Under the pieces are notes generated by a model. The model did no database searches. It was given only the letters and a program-made list of their open reading frames with translations, and was not told the origin of the DNA. A DNA stretch of 63,554 nucleotides, filler included, from Atractiella rhizophila (lineage: Eukaryota): the NCBI GenBank assembly GCA_021432655.1. It is 3 parts of 3 records of this genome, joined end to end, with 100 filler letters (N's around TTAATTAATTAA, not from the genome) between each part and the next. Parts side by side here need not be neighbours in the genome. Positions count along the whole stretch, not along the records: positions 30,434 to 60,691 come from MU271711.1; 2 more parts are not named here. The stretch is one strand, 5' to 3'. Shown in pieces: positions 35,278 to 48,883 of this stretch. The position numbers were made by a program, and so were the translations under genes. Numbering within the stretch: position 1 is the first letter of the stretch; every line of letters begins with the position of its first letter.

Positions 35278-36675
35278 TCATGTAGTGTCCCACTCTATCT
35301 GGACACCCAACCTCTTGCATGCCTCCACGAAAGGTTGAAGCTGTTCCTTCGAAGACGTGTCATCCCATCGCTCCACAGAAATTCTGATCAACTTGAGGTG
35401 TTTGAAGCTAACCTTGCTATCCATTTCCAGACACTTCGCGAGCTCGGACACCATTGCTTGATCCCTAAATTGATCGTAACGTTCCCAAATCCTCTCAATT
35501 GACGCATCCGCAGGGAAGGCTTTCATTCGGTCAAATAGGGTACTGCGGTTATGATTATCGACGCTGACAAGTTCCTTCAACTTTGGAGCACGGGAAATGA
35601 TGGCGCTTGCTTTTGTCGACATGTCAATGAATGTGGCGCTCCTGAGGTTGGAGGCGAGGGGAGCGTACATATCATCAGGGAAAAGAGGTTTCTCGTCTTC
35701 ACCATAGCCACCAGCTACGAGGGAGAAGGTTTGGATGGAACTGGCGCCAACGGAGGACTTCAAGATGAATCTATAATCCTCTTCTAATAACACGCGTTGG
35801 TAGTGACTTCCAGCGGTCATCTTGAGGGTGTGAAGTTGGTAGGTAGGTTCTGGAGGATGACCTCCTTGAGTATCCCAAGAATCAAATGTATCACCGAGAG
35901 CGAGAATCTTGAGCTGAGGCATCTTTGAGAGGAGGCAGAAGAGAAGGGGCTTGGGAAAGTTGAATGCCTCTTGGAAGGCAAATTCGGTCAAAACTGGAAA
36001 AGCAAGGGGCAATCCATTTTGAATCGTCGACATTTCTTGTGGAAGGGTCTGAAATTTTCCTTCTGGCTTGATGGCCGCTTCGGGATATGGAACAAAATCA
36101 TCATTTTGCCAATCTCTCTTGAACCAGGGATCGATGAAGGAGAGGAATTGAAGGTTCTTGTTGCACACTGGAAGACGAAGAAGTTCTACAGTATTCTTCC
36201 ACGTAGGTAAGCCCCACTTCTCTGCTTCTGTTCGAGTCGCTCCGAAGGTTTGGCGCAGGTATGTGTTCTGTGCTCTTGATCCTTTCAAGGAAGCATCATA
36301 GTCGAACACCAGTCGTTGAAACTTCCAACCCGAGATTTTTTGCTCGCTGTCACTCAAAACCTCAATCAAAGCCTCCGCTCCCTTCTTGCTTTTGATCCTC
36401 GCAGTGAGGTAGCCACTCCTCAATACCTCCGAAACCGCGTTTCTCCAATTCTTTGCCACTCGCGCGAAGCGGAAGAGGTCCCGCTGATATAGTTGATATT
36501 TGATCTGGTATTTGTAGGGGTATCGTTCCGAGCCTATGGAATCTGCTGGACGAGGATAATTGTGGTGTCGCTTGATGGGCACAGAATTCGGCGGGTTGGA
36601 GAAACTGAAAAGGTCAGGAGGAGTGGGACGGGCAAGTTTGAATATTTCGACAAGGGTATCCACTGGGAGCGACAT
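35278..36675 (-). CDS. F-box-like/LRR-like protein (intronless, 465 aa)
   Basis: MSLPVDTLVEIFKLA...DLFRFARVAKNWRNAVSEVL (F-box with an insertion); MPQLKILAL, LHTLKM, APKLKELV repeats. Confidence 0.7.
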   Translation of the reverse strand: MSLPVDTLVEIFKLARPTPPDLFSFSNPPNSVPIKRHHNYPRPADSIGSERYPYKYQIKYQLYQRDLFRFARVAKNWRNAVSEVLRSGYLTARIKSKKGAEALIEVLSDSEQKISGWKFQRLVFDYDASLKGSRAQNTYLRQTFGATRTEAEKWGLPTWKNTVELLRLPVCNKNLQFLSFIDPWFKRDWQNDDFVPYPEAAIKPEGKFQTLPQEMSTIQNGLPLAFPVLTEFAFQEAFNFPKPLLFCLLSKMPQLKILALGDTFDSWDTQGGHPPEPTYQLHTLKMTAGSHYQRVLLEEDYRFILKSSVGASSIQTFSLVAGGYGEDEKPLFPDDMYAPLASNLRSATFIDMSTKASAIISRAPKLKELVSVDNHNRSTLFDRMKAFPADASIERIWERYDQFRDQAMVSELAKCLEMDSKVSFKHLKLIRISVERWDDTSSKEQLQPFVEACKRLGVQIEWDTT

Positions 36676-38142
36676 CCTGCTTGAGTGCTTTGTGCTGTGG
36701 CGGATGGAAGCAAACCGCTTAAAAAAAGGTGGAGGAAGTTGCAGTCAGATCTAGTCAAAGAAGAAGTGAATTCAGTCTTTTTAACAACTCATTCAGTGAG
36801 ACCTCGTGGTATCAGCCCCGCAGCGAACAAGGAGGTTGGACGCTTATACTTGCCCTAAAGCCTAGCTTTGTTGAAGGCCCAGCCAATATTAACTAATCAG
36901 CTTTCAATGCTGGGCGAAGTGCATCTTGGAATTTGATACCAAACATTCTCATTCTCTTTCATCCGCATTCCTAAGATTAAGATGCTTGCAGTTTCATGCG
37001 CAACCATCATCTGGTCCTCTGCATTATTTGACAAAGCATTGTGTGAATGTAGAACACGTGCACACCAGCATCATTGTTGCTGTTCCGAATGGCCATTTCT
37101 CATTTCCAACCTGGAATTATTAGAGGAGAACCCTGCAGCTAGCAACCAACGTTGTTCTAGTACTACTTGCCTTGTCGTGCCTCTGAGGTCCATCATTTTA
37201 ATGATGTCGACGAGTTAGAAAAGTGATCCATAGACCTTCCTGCGATATGGCAGGATATGAGAAGAGTACGGCTCCCTTTTGCACGCGCGTCAACACTTTG
37301 TCAGGTGCATCATTAGCGTCATCCTTGATGTTGGTCCCAATGGATGATGACAGGGCTGAGGGAACTGGGGAAGTATCAGCATGTGCCTGTAATGCAAGCG
37401 ACACAGGTAGGACTGCCGAAGGGGGATAAGAAATGTCGTTTACGTTTTCAAGTTAGTTTCGCTTCTCAGAGATATGAAAAGGCAGCAGAACTAATAAAGT
37501 TTATCACAGGCTTGTGGATCGGCTACAGGGATTCAACCAATGCGAAATCTCTATTATCTACAACGGGGATACCCATACTTTCATTGGCATTCGTTGAACA
37601 AGACCGCCGCAGGACGATGGCTGTCAAGTGCGCTCTACCTTTGTGAAGCACGGTACGAGGAACACGTGATTGCTATCAAGCATGTTCGGTATGCATCTAC
37701 AGTTGCGAAGAAAAGGACCTTGAAAGGCAAGCAAAGTTTGAATCAGCATCGGTACTCTCACCTGAGCAGTGACGTGCTCAAAAGAAGGCAGCGGTAATTA
37801 TTCGATGAAACCAACGCAATCAGATAAGCTCTGTCTCATTCACTCAGCACGCATTGTGGACAGATCGTGTAATATCAATTCTTCGTCAACTGCAAACCAT
37901 AACCTCTTCTCAAGCAACCTCAACGAGTGAGGTGGATCGGAAAGTCAGGGAACTTTGCGTTACCCCTTAGTTACACGGTGAAGATAGTTCCTTTGTTTGG
38001 TTCGCTTTTACACATGTTGTGTGTAACGACGACGACTGAAAAAGTTTCGGGGTCTATATGCTTGTTTTTTAAGCTTGCGGTGTAAGTTGGTAGTTTCTAC
38101 AAATTGCAATGGATGAAGTATGGCATCGAAGTTTATAGTGCA

Positions 38143-39679
38143 TTAGAATGCCGAAGTTTTGTACCATAGGAGTCCTGTTTGCGTTGTTAGTGTCGAATGA
38201 AGGAGGAACATGCCTGAAAACGTACCTATTAAAGAGACAAAGTATCCCACGAACTGGAGCGGTGTTATAGGGGTCGCATATATTACGGCAGAACCGGCTA
38301 TTAAAATGATATCTTTCCTGTCTCCCACGGTTGCATTCGGCTTGCTGTCAACAGAATGGAGGAATCGGAACGTACACTACTTTACTTAAGCTAAGAATTA
38401 ATGAACTTAAACCAATGAGGTAAGTGGCTGAAATGTTGAGGGCAAAGGCCAGGAAACAGTTGCTGAAAATGACGAGGAATCCAAGCTGGCGGAGAGCGCC
38501 AAATGGCGCAAAGCCTTCGATCGGAAGGATGAGGACGGCATTGATGACAAAGGAGGGCGGCGCGAAGAGCATGAGAGAGGAGAGGGGATTGAGCTTGAAG
38601 TTATGAAGGATGAGCTGGATCGAGGTGACACGAAGCGCTTCGATCACAACAGCAGAGCACTATGATGCTGCTCAGAAACACTAGAGTCGTCAGAGGAGGA
38701 AGGACGGACTTGTATGAGGAAACCTGTGAGATTAAATTGCGCTTCTGCATATGAAGCCACGGCCACTCCGAGGGATATTACAGTGACTATCTAGTAATAA
38801 GACGGGGATACGACGAAGGGTAAGGGGACGAACCAATGATGAAAAGCTTCTGGCTAGGTTGTTTGAGGCCAAGGAGAAAGGACACTAGTGTGACTGCCAC
38901 CGGAGAGAAGGACTTCAGCATGTGGATGTAGGCCACACTGTTGTGTCCAACATCAGCTTCATTCTCCAAAAGGGAACTACCTGCCTTATGTACAGGTATG
39001 CCCAATTGGAAAAGAGCAGAGACAACGAAAACAATACACCTATGTTGCAATTTCAGCGTGGACTCGAAAGGGAGCATCTTTCCTACAGATCGGCATGACG
39101 TTTCGCCAATAAACTTCCTTGGAATAAATGTTCTTCTGGGGGCTCCCTTCTTGCTGGAGTAGTTGCTCCTGCAGCTGTGCGTCTGTTTCCTTAGGCGCGG
39201 TAGTTACAGGAAGGGGTATAGCTTGAGACTGTGTAGGTGTTGCAGAAGGCATATTGACTAAATTCGTGTACCGTTTGAGTAAGGTAGTCGCTATAGACTG
39301 AAAGGCTAGGTGTAACGTTGTAAGGGTGACAGGGTAGGGAAAACCATAGCCGCCTTTTTCGACTGGATCCTGTGAAAATTCAGGGACAGAATAGGGGATA
39401 GAAGGTCAAGGACGAACCATGATTTGCTTGTTGTAGAGAATTACACCTGAAGAGATGCAGATCCACACGAGTATCATAACCCTTCATAGGGAGACTGCAT
39501 TTAGGCTCTACATTACGACTTAGAGAAAGGATATAATACCAGGCAGCTGCTCCACATGTTAGCGTGTGTCACAGAAATCCTGAAACCTTACGAGCAATGT
39601 TCGCCCATGGCGCTCTGGGGACCTCCTTCACCGTTGGCGGTGTGCCCACCATTGGAGCTCTGACCGGTGGATCTGTCAT
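38143..39679 (-). CDS. Triose-phosphate/nucleotide-sugar transporter family (TPT/DMT) protein, multi-exon
   Basis: VWICISSGVILYNK, FPYPVTLTT, VAYIHMLKSFSPVAV, IEALRVTSIQLIL, FLAFALNISATYLIG, KDIILI..ITPLQFVGY. Confidence 0.88.
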
Positions 39680-40000
39680 CCTGTTCTTCCCGTCCAGTTC
39701 ATCTTGAAGCTGCTCTTTGATGAGTACCATCGTTGTTTTCTGGACGTCTGTCAGTCTCTTGATCCAAACCTCAGGACAATGACCGCTCACCGAACAGAAA
39801 GTGGTCTATATTTCGCGATAGAAGCTCGATATCATCAATGAGCGTTTCGTCACAGGCGTCAAAGAAACGGCAGCAGAAATAATGTGAATGGAAAGCTCTC
39901 GTCTTGTCTTCTTTCTCGACTGCGGGACCGAGGCGATGTGTCCCGTGTCCGTAATTCGTGACCACCAAACTTGGGAAGGCCTTCTCAAAACGACAAAACC

Positions 40001-41010
40001 ATGAATTCCCTCAGTCGGACCCTTTTTCGTGGCCTTAGAGCGAATAGGAGTCTCCATACGACCCCTTCTGTCCGATCAGAGTCTTTGTTTGTGGTATGTC
40101 GAAGGTTTCCAGAGAGAGAACCAATCATGGCTCATGAGAATATCAGCACCGAGACTCGTCTTACAACAATCCCTCCGTATGTTTTCACATTTCGTGTCCA
40201 AGTCAAACACTCAAGATGTGGTTGTGAATAGCTACCCTTTGAATTTAATGCTCAAAACCTCAAGGTCGCAAATACGATCGTCGCGCGGTACCCTCCACAG
40301 TATAAGAAGGCAGCTGTTATTCCACTGTTGGACCTTGCACAACGGCAGAATAAGGGATGGACGAGCTTGAGTGCTATGAATTATGTGGCCAAGTTTCTGC
40401 AAATGCCGCCTATGAGAGTTTATGAGGTTGCCACGTTCTATACCATGTTCAATAGGTGCGCTCTCTTTTCTACTTCACTTGTGGTGCACAATGTTGAAGG
40501 GTGCCTGTTGGGTTGAAGAGAGCCAGTGGGAGAACATTTCGTCCAAGTCTGTACCACCACACCGTGCATGCTCATGGACTCGACAGCAATTGTAGAGACT
40601 ATCCTGAAGCATTTGAAGATCGGTCTGGGAGAGACAACACCGGATAAGAAGTTTACTGTCATCGAAGTTGAATGTCTAGGTGCCTGCTCAAATGCTCCCA
40701 TGATACAAATCAATGACGAGTACTACGTTCGTTGCTTATTTGTCTTCGATGATTTGAGGACTCACGGGGGATGTAATAGGAGGATCTTACGCCGGAAACA
40801 ACCATCAAGATCTTAGACGAACTTGCGGCAGGGAGGAAGCCCAAACCTGGGCCACAGAGCACAAGACAGACGAGCGAAAATTCTGCTGGCCTAACCACCC
40901 TCCTTGAGAAGGTTTGTCTCCCTCTTTTGTGATGGAATCTGTGAACTAATCTGTCTTGGATACTGTAGCCTCCAGGACCAGGACAGTTTTGCACTGCTGA
41001 GTTCGCATGA
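40001..41010 (+). CDS. NDUFV2: NADH:ubiquinone oxidoreductase 24-kDa subunit, mitochondrial
   Basis: Mitochondrial presequence; [49 protein letters not shown] and [12 protein letters not shown] ([2Fe-2S] cysteines). Confidence 0.97.
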
Positions 41011-41350
41011 TTTCGCACAAAATTACTACATTCACACCTTTGTAACATCCTTTGCATACTCAGGGCGCCTAACTCGCAATACTTATTTGCCCATTTCATA
41101 ACAACTATATTAGCATTCTCTGGCAGCAGTTTGTTGTAGCGAAGAAAGTGATGATGTGGACATCCACTAATTTACATCCACTCTCTTGTTGATCACACGT
41201 GCATAACTGTTGCCTGCATTGTGATCGGGTTGCCGTTCCCCTCGAAGGTACAAAAGACGACAACTTTTTGCGCTCCCAATTCTTGCTCATCGCATTCTCC
41301 ACATTCTGAAAACGCGTCCCATTCCTCAATACGGTATGCCTGCTTCGAGC

Positions 41351-42935
41351 ATGCTTCGTCTTTCTCTGCGACCCACATTAGCACTTCGACGCGGCTTCCA
41401 CTCGACTTCAACCCTACATAAGCGGGTGATCAAGCCTTTCTTCCTGGCTGATATTGGAGAAGGCATTGCAGAATGCGAGGTAGTGAAGTGGTGAGCCCTT
41501 TCTTCGAGCCATACAAAGAATAGAGGGTAATAGGCACTGTGGTAGAAGGCTTGTGAAGCCACCTAAGGAACTTGAACGCTTTGATCCAATATGTGAAGTC
41601 CAATCTGACAAGGCTTCAGTGGAGCTCACTTCTCCGTTCGATGGCAACCTTGTGAAGACCTTCTGCGAGCAGGGGGAGATTGTGAAAGTTGGGAGCAAGT
41701 TGTGCGAGTTTGAGGTCGAGGAAGATGTCTTGGATGAGGAGGCACAAGAGGACGTTAAACCTGCGGAGGAAGAGCACCGCGAGAACCAAGAGAGGGGAGA
41801 ACTAGAGGTCAAGGAACAGGAAAAGGAGGACGCAAAAGCAGAGGAAAATGTGTTTGTCCTTGCTACTCCGGCAGTACGACGAGTAGCAAGGGAGGAAGGG
41901 GTTAACCTGTCAAAGATCACCGGGACTGGGAAAGGAGGACGCATAACGAAGGAGGACGTGTTCGCTGCAGCCTCTGGCGCGTCTCCGTCTGCCCCATCCT
42001 CTGGATCTGCACCTGCGCCGACCCAGTCAGGCTCCGCGGTCTCTTACCAAACGCCTTCCTTTGAGTCTCTCTCGACCTCATCAGCTGAACCAGTGTCTCG
42101 TCCTCTTTCCACCGTCCGACGCGCTATGTACAAAGCCATGACATCCTCTCTGTCAATTCCCCACTTCACCTATTCCGACGAGATTGACGTGACGGAACTG
42201 GAAAAGATGCGGCTGAAGCTGAACAAATCAATTCCTTCGCGGTTCAAAAAGGAGCTGTCTCGGAAGGAGAAAGAGCCAGCCGACCGTGTACCTGAAGGCT
42301 CGAGATTCGATCGGCTTACTATGCTACCCTTATTCGTCAAAGCATTATCTTATGTCCTACGTGATCACCCCATCTTCCGATCGAAACTTGTTGTGCCTGA
42401 TGGTCAACTCGAGAAGGCTACACTCTTAGAATCTCCAAAAGGATTAATTTCCCTCGCCCTTTCATCTCCTCTCGGTGGTGGCCTCTTTACTCCTTGCCTT
42501 CCAAACGTTGGCGATGCCACAGTATTTGAGGTTGCGTCGACGATAGCCTATCTCCAATCTCTCGCTCTTGCTTCTCCGACTCCCAAGTTCCCCGAGCCAT
42601 TCAGAACTCCCGGCACCATCACACTCTCCAACATTGGGTCAATAGGAGGAACTTATACGCATCCTGTCATTCCTCCAGGAGGTCAACTTGCCATTGGTGC
42701 CTTGGGGAAGGCAAAGGTGCTGCCTCGTTACGTGGGAAAGGAGCAAGAGATTGCAAAACGAGAGGCGGTTGCTGAGTATGAGGGAGAAGAAGCAAGCTGG
42801 GAGCCGAGGCTGATCATGAATGTTTCCTTCAGCGGAGATCACAGGGTCGTGGAAGGTATGGAGTTAGCTATGTTGGTGAAAGATTGGAAGGAATTGGTGG
42901 AGAATCCAGAGAATATGATTGGTCTGGGACGATGA
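41351..42935 (+). CDS. DBT: Dihydrolipoamide branched-chain acyltransferase (BCKDH E2)
   Basis: FLADIGEGIAECEVVKW; lipoyl motif EVQSDKASVE; E3-binding ATPAVRRVA..GTGKGGRITKEDV; catalytic SGDHRVVEG. Confidence 0.95.
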
Positions 42936-43308
42936 GTATCTATTAATTTGTGTTGCAAGTGTATTTCTGCATCAATTGATTGTGATATTCCATGGATCAC
43001 AAACATGGAGGCAATTTGTAATTAAGTACAGACTTCGTTGACAACGCTCGCCTGTCACCTGAATTCTCCATGTTCTTCCGCAGCAAAGTCAATCATCTTC
43101 ATAATTTTAGACACGCATTCTCTCGGTGGTAAGGACGAGCAATAAACTTGAGGTGCCTTGATGCTCGTATGGCTTCAACTAAGATAGTCTCACTCGTTAT
43201 ACGTACCCTAAGCAAACCAATAAGCAACCGGCTGAAAACACAGGCACAAGAGGTTTGTCCTTCCTACTAACACGTCTCCTCATTTGCTAACTTGGTGGGT
43301 GCAGCATC

Positions 43309-44193
43309 CATGGTTTCGTGAGAGAGTATTATCACTAGCCCAGGTGATCCTCTTTAGTGTATACCTAGTCAGACGACGGCTAGCTGAGTAGCAGGAACCC
43401 AGTTTATGCACAGGTCGGAGATGAGGGTAGGTTCCTGTGCTGTCCCTTCGAAATGATAATCTAACTTATCAATGATTAGATGCGCACAGGGCTACTGAGG
43501 GATCCGCTAGAAGCTAATGTGCCCATACGTCCGCTGAATGAGGCAAAGGCGATCCAAGTATTGTCTCTGCTTCCTTTCTTGGACCCAGCTGAACACAGCT
43601 GACAGAACGGCGCAAATTTCATTTCAGAATCTTTTCTCTTCGCGGTGGCACTGGCACTAAGTTTGTAGCTTCTCTTTCCTGGGAAGTCTTCCGTTGATAT
43701 TGTGCAATATAGTTTTAGGAGAAAGCTATCGAGGTTTGCTCCTCGCTCAAAGTTCGGCACGGAACTCCTAACTCAGATGTCTTTGCAGGTTACCGAAAAG
43801 ACACAAACCGTCGAAACTATGTGGATGAACAGCTCGACAATCTCTCAGGTCAAATAGCAGAGTTAAAGTGCGTTGAAGTCTAAGCGGGATAAATTACCTG
43901 ACTCAACTAAATGTTCGCAGTAATCGAATACACTCAACCAACCAAGAACTTCTAGAACGGCTGAAAGAGACAGAGGCAAGTCGGGATCTTTTCCTTGGAA
44001 GAGAAGATGAGTACTGACATGGCCCAAACGACGTACTTAACCCCATTGTGAAATTTGTCCGTGCGACAACATAATACAGGAACGATCCGAAGAATTGAAA
44101 CTGATTATAGAGAGGATGCTGGAGAGTGCATTAAGAGGGAATGTTGTGCTCGATGCTGGTGTTGAACAAAAACGAAAAACTACGGACAATAGT
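43309..44193 (+). CDS. Possible small multi-exon coiled-coil protein; boundaries approximate
   Basis: Exon-like blocks between GT..AG sites, e.g. NRIHSTNQELLERLKETEASRDLF and ERSEELKLIIERMLESALRG; no family recognised. Confidence 0.3.
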
Positions 44194-44268
44194 AGACTGA
44201 TCAGCTTTTTACATCCTCCTAATAATGAATAATTTGAACTCTTACAAGGCAGCTCTGTTTCCCGTAAT

Positions 44269-47248
44269 TCAACAAAGGGTGGGGCAACACGACCTTAACA
44301 TGGACTGAAAATGGGTTCGACGGACCATCAGCATCGAGCAGCTAAAGGGGAGGGATGGACGAACATGAACAACAGCTTTAGTCGTAGAAGGAGTGCCTAC
44401 CAAAGAAACGCACATTAATACCTCCAATGAAGCATCGAGTAGTATGAAGTATCTATACCTAATCCACCGTAAACCTGCCCGTACGAGGTTGTCCACGTAG
44501 GAATCGAGCCAGATCCCCTCTTTACTGTAATAGTGTGACGCTGAGGACCTTGTTCCGGGGATGGTCGCGCATAATACCACCGGAGAAGCTGACCGTCACT
44601 CTCCCAAGTCCCACTGGATACGGAGACGTCGAGATCCAGTGCCCAACGGTCCTCTTCATCGGAATCGGAATCAACGGACAGATTTGTCTCTCTTCGTGCT
44701 TGCTCCTTGCCCTCATCTTCTCGAATTTGCGGAGCGATGTCGCGCGGATGGGCTGCGTAGTGAACATGAGGGACGTAGACAACTGTGGCGAGGCCGTCCG
44801 ATGCAACGTCATCGAAGGCGACTTCAATAGTGAGAGTAAAGGTGGAAGACTTGATGTCAAAATTGATATCCACTGGTTTACCAACGGTTGCCATCGGATA
44901 AGGCCGACAAAAGGCACTGAGAGCTCGAGTTCCATCATTCAGTTGAAGCATCTCCAGTGTCGACTCAGTAGTTCCCATTGTCGCCAGACTTTCCAGCGTA
45001 GGACCTGTGAGATGAGTGCGAGAGCCGTTGAAGGGAACCTTGGAGAGCTGAGTCGTGGATTCATAAGGTGTGTAATTTTGGGAGGTAAGGCTCTGTGACG
45101 ACGAGGAAAGGAATGTCTTGCTAGGCGGTCCCAACGTCAAGGCACTCCTTTCTCGAGCCTTCATCCTCGCATCATCCGCACTGAACAAGCTGAAGTCCTC
45201 TCCGTTCCACAGGTCGCCATGCTCGTGCGAGCTGTTCGGCGCATACGTCCAAACGGTATAATTGAGACAGTTGCCTCCATCGCAGGCATTCAGGGAAGCA
45301 TCTAGCGCTCGCGTCTGATTGCTGTAGTTCCCGTCTTTGTACGCTTGCTTGTCATCCAGGTCGAAGGGGATGCCAATCTCTCCTATCATCGTAGGGAAGT
45401 CCCCCATGCAATCGAATGTATCTTGTCGAAGGTATCCAAGCTGATCCCGAAAGCACCGCCGGATGGCGGCTTCACCAATTTTGATGGCGAATGGTATTCC
45501 TAGATATTTGCCTCTCAAGGACTCCCATGGCGTCGGCGTTAAACCAGTTCTGGACAAGTGTCAGTCATCCCAAGTAGCGAAGAAGGTAGCATCCGTACCC
45601 AATGTTTGGAAATAAGGGTCCTACAGTGTCGTCAGTTGCGGAAAGAAGAAGAATACACTAATACTCACAGTCCGTCATAAAAATGAGTGCTGTAACATGC
45701 ACGCCCGTTGAAGAGAGCTTTCGTCTGTTCATCGCACGGAGACGGAACATGGAAGACAGGTGTGGCGAGGAAAACGATTGCTTCGCGATGAATTTCTCGA
45801 ATCATGAGAGCCCATTGCCTCCAGAACGGGTAAAGATAATCGGAATCGTAGTGTACCTGCCTTTTCGAACGGGACGGAGATTTGAAGTAGTCGGGTTGGA
45901 GAAGTTGCTTTTGTCTCAACGTCCCAGACGCCGTGTTGAGCCCAAATGCACATCCCAAGCTTCCAATTCGGATCTCTTCTCCAACCCCACGGACTAAGGC
46001 CGTCTGGCTCACTCTGCGGATCAAGCCACACCGTCTTCCCTTTCGGATCCCAGGTGCAATCACCGTCCCTCTTGCTCCCTAGACTTGTGAACTTGTAGTA
46101 CTCCACTTTCATGGCCTCTCCCATACCCAACCTCATCCCTTGAAACGGAGTAGGCATTGCTCCTATTCGTAAAACGCACTCTTCTCCGAGTTCGAGCAGT
46201 TTTTCTCTCCCAGCCAAACCTCCATTCGGCTCGTTCCAGGAATCCCAACCAATCACGCAGCTGTCGAGCAGATCCCCAGCGTCCCGGACTGCTTCCATGA
46301 GCTGACGGCATGCGGTGAAGTAGTGCATCTGCAACCAGTCTTGAATGTTCATTCCGTCAATGATACATTTGGGGGCAAAGTCTCGCCCAGCGAAGAAGAG
46401 GGTGTTGAGGGTTTGACAGGCAAAGTGGTCGTAGTTGGTAGCCCAAATCATCTTCGGGAAGTCCTGTGACGTCTCTGGCGTCTGATGGCCTGCAGGCGGC
46501 CATTCGCAATGGACTATGGCAGCGTTCGTTGCTTGTGAATGAAGTCAGCCAATGCCTACAGCCTACCGGATGCACGCACCCATAAAGTTCCGCGGATTCA
46601 GGCCACAAGCAATGACAGCCCAATATGGAGCACCGTCGCCTCCTGAGAACCGTGAGAACTATCGAAAGGGGAGAGCTGTTTAGCTCGAGAGTACTGAAGG
46701 ACAAAAAAGGGGCTGACGAGGTCCTGATGAGGGTCCATGTAGACTCGAAATCCATACTCCTTCACCTTCCTTAGCATCCTAATCGTGTAATGGATCCACT
46801 CGACATCATACTTTCCCCTGGATAAAGAAAGTGGAAGGCAAATTACACAATGCCAACAATAGCAACAACACCGCACTGGAGGGGAAAGGAGCAAGTGCTT
46901 ACGGTCCATCATGCTCAATCGCTTCCCAAGTAAAAAAGATATCTCAAACAGTTGAATCCCCACTCCCTCAGACGCTCAAGATGCTTATCTGCCTCCCCGT
47001 CGTCCAACCCAAAAACGGTATCCACAAAAGCTGACGTCCACGCTACCAGGCGTGTCCACCGACTCCCAGAACCCGTCCAGTTTCCAACTCGGCCTCCCAC
47101 GAGGATTCTTCGCGGAGGCACAAGCATTTACACCCCGTAGTAAGAGTACGCGACCGTGATTATCCCTGAAATTCGACGAGTTGGCGTGAACATAAAACGG
47201 CGGAACGGGCTCCCCTGTCACGGGAGAATGTGTTGGTGGGAGGGGCAT
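44269..47248 (-). CDS. GH5 endoglycoceramidase-related protein (EGCrP/steryl-beta-glucosidase-like), multi-exon, with three apparent homopolymer frameshifts
   Basis: [37 protein letters not shown], acid/base motif [14 protein letters not shown], nucleophile [21 protein letters not shown]. Confidence 0.92.
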
Positions 47249-47641
47249 TTCGTTCGATTCGTGCAGTATGGTGGCAAGTTGGTCGTTAGGGGTGAATGAT
47301 GAATACTGGGCCTTTGCCTTGACCCTTTTGTGCTCAGCCCTTGTCTGGAGAGAGTCGTCGCCGCCGTCTTGTCATTCCCGATGGATGCTGACCCAGAATC
47401 GTGGATGGCCCTATCATTGGCCGAATAAAACGACACGGTCCCGACTTTCGGATTGGACGACTTTTTGCAGCTTTCTTAGTATTTACGCATCCAAGCACGC
47501 TTGCCTGTCTTCTTGACGCTTGTGCATACAAAAAAGCATAAGCAGAGAACGATGGGCGCCGAAAATAGTAGGTAACCTAGATGCTATACAAACATTTGTT
47601 CAATTTCGTTTACAGCAACTTCTAGTTTACATCACCACCAA

Positions 47642-48606
47642 TCAGTGCGCATACTGTTATATCCAATTAGCCCAATCTCTAGATCAGGTACCGTAGGAAA
47701 GAGGACAGACCTTCTGGACATAAGCCTGCGCCTCCTTTGTAAACTTTGCCTTGTCGTTCGAGTAGACCTCAGCGATGGAGGCGACAAGGGCATCTTCCGC
47801 TAAGGAAGAGGCAGCAACGAGTCAGCCCGTCCCTCTTAGCCAGATCAAAAGAGCGTACGATTGGGTTCGGCTAGAAGTTGAGAAAGAGCGCGGAGGACTG
47901 TGATCAAGCAGCCAAGATTGTCAGAAGGAATGCATTATGAGAGATATCCAAGACGAACCTTGATCAATTTTTGTAGATGGCTTCCATTGGTCCGGTTTCC
48001 TTGCACTCAGTCAGTTGTTTGCTCTGCTGCACGGACCAAGAAAGGACAAACAAAAGACCAATACAGATTCCGCCGTCTTCTGTGATGTTTGGATGATATA
48101 TTCTCGTGAGCTACACGATGGAATTGGCATCAACATGAAGCATCAAGACGATCCAGACGAATCACGCACGAATTTAACCTGCAACGCATTAAAATCTCAC
48201 TTCCCATTCTCTCAATCATACGAGGAAGAAAAACCGTACCACTGGTGCCTATTGCCATCCAAGCAACGCGAAACACAGGTAAGACGCAAACAGCGCGGAT
48301 GATGAGCTCATCGCACCTTAAATGGGTAATCTAAAGAGAACCTGGGTATATCGTCAATTTTGTTAAGACACAAGAGAAAGTCGCGGACGTGATATCAATC
48401 TTGAACTTGCCGCCAGCGTAATACGGTTCGGGTCCTTCAAGTTGCAATCACTGTTGGATTTGGGATGGCGCATAGAAGGCAGACGAACCAGTGAGGACTC
48501 CAACCCAATGATAAAGGTTGCTCTCATCGGGATTGACATCGATGCCCTCTATGCCTTCCTTCTGAATGTCTGCGTATTCTTTTTGAATTCTTCTGAGTGC
48601 TGCCAT
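47642..48606 (-). CDS. Ubiquitin-conjugating enzyme E2, many small exons
   Basis: MAALRRIQKEYADI..NLYHW, GPEPYYAGGKFKIDI, DYPFK, active-site ICIGLL, WKPSTKIDQ, EPN..DALVASIAEVY. Confidence 0.92.
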
Positions 48607-48883
48607 AGCGTATGTCGTATGTCTTGATGTGTCGTTATCTGAAGTTTGGAAGACTTATGCACAAGACTAAAGACCTAGTCAGGTGACCTAATCACTGTTG
48701 AAACGGAAATGCATGGCCATACATAGACACACATTCGAAGCAAAGTGGCACGCGAGCACGTTCGACTTTATCCCAATCCAAGGGGAGAACGTGCCCTTGG
48801 CCGTACTATCGTTTATAACCCCCAGATAACCCCTCGTTCGACTCCCTAGACGTCCTTAGATCTCTTCGCAAGAAATATCAAAG

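Noticed and set aside
36800..38100. Short ORFs in a gene-poor interval; possible transposon relic
   Set aside because: No terminal repeats, transposase or reverse-transcriptase motifs seen
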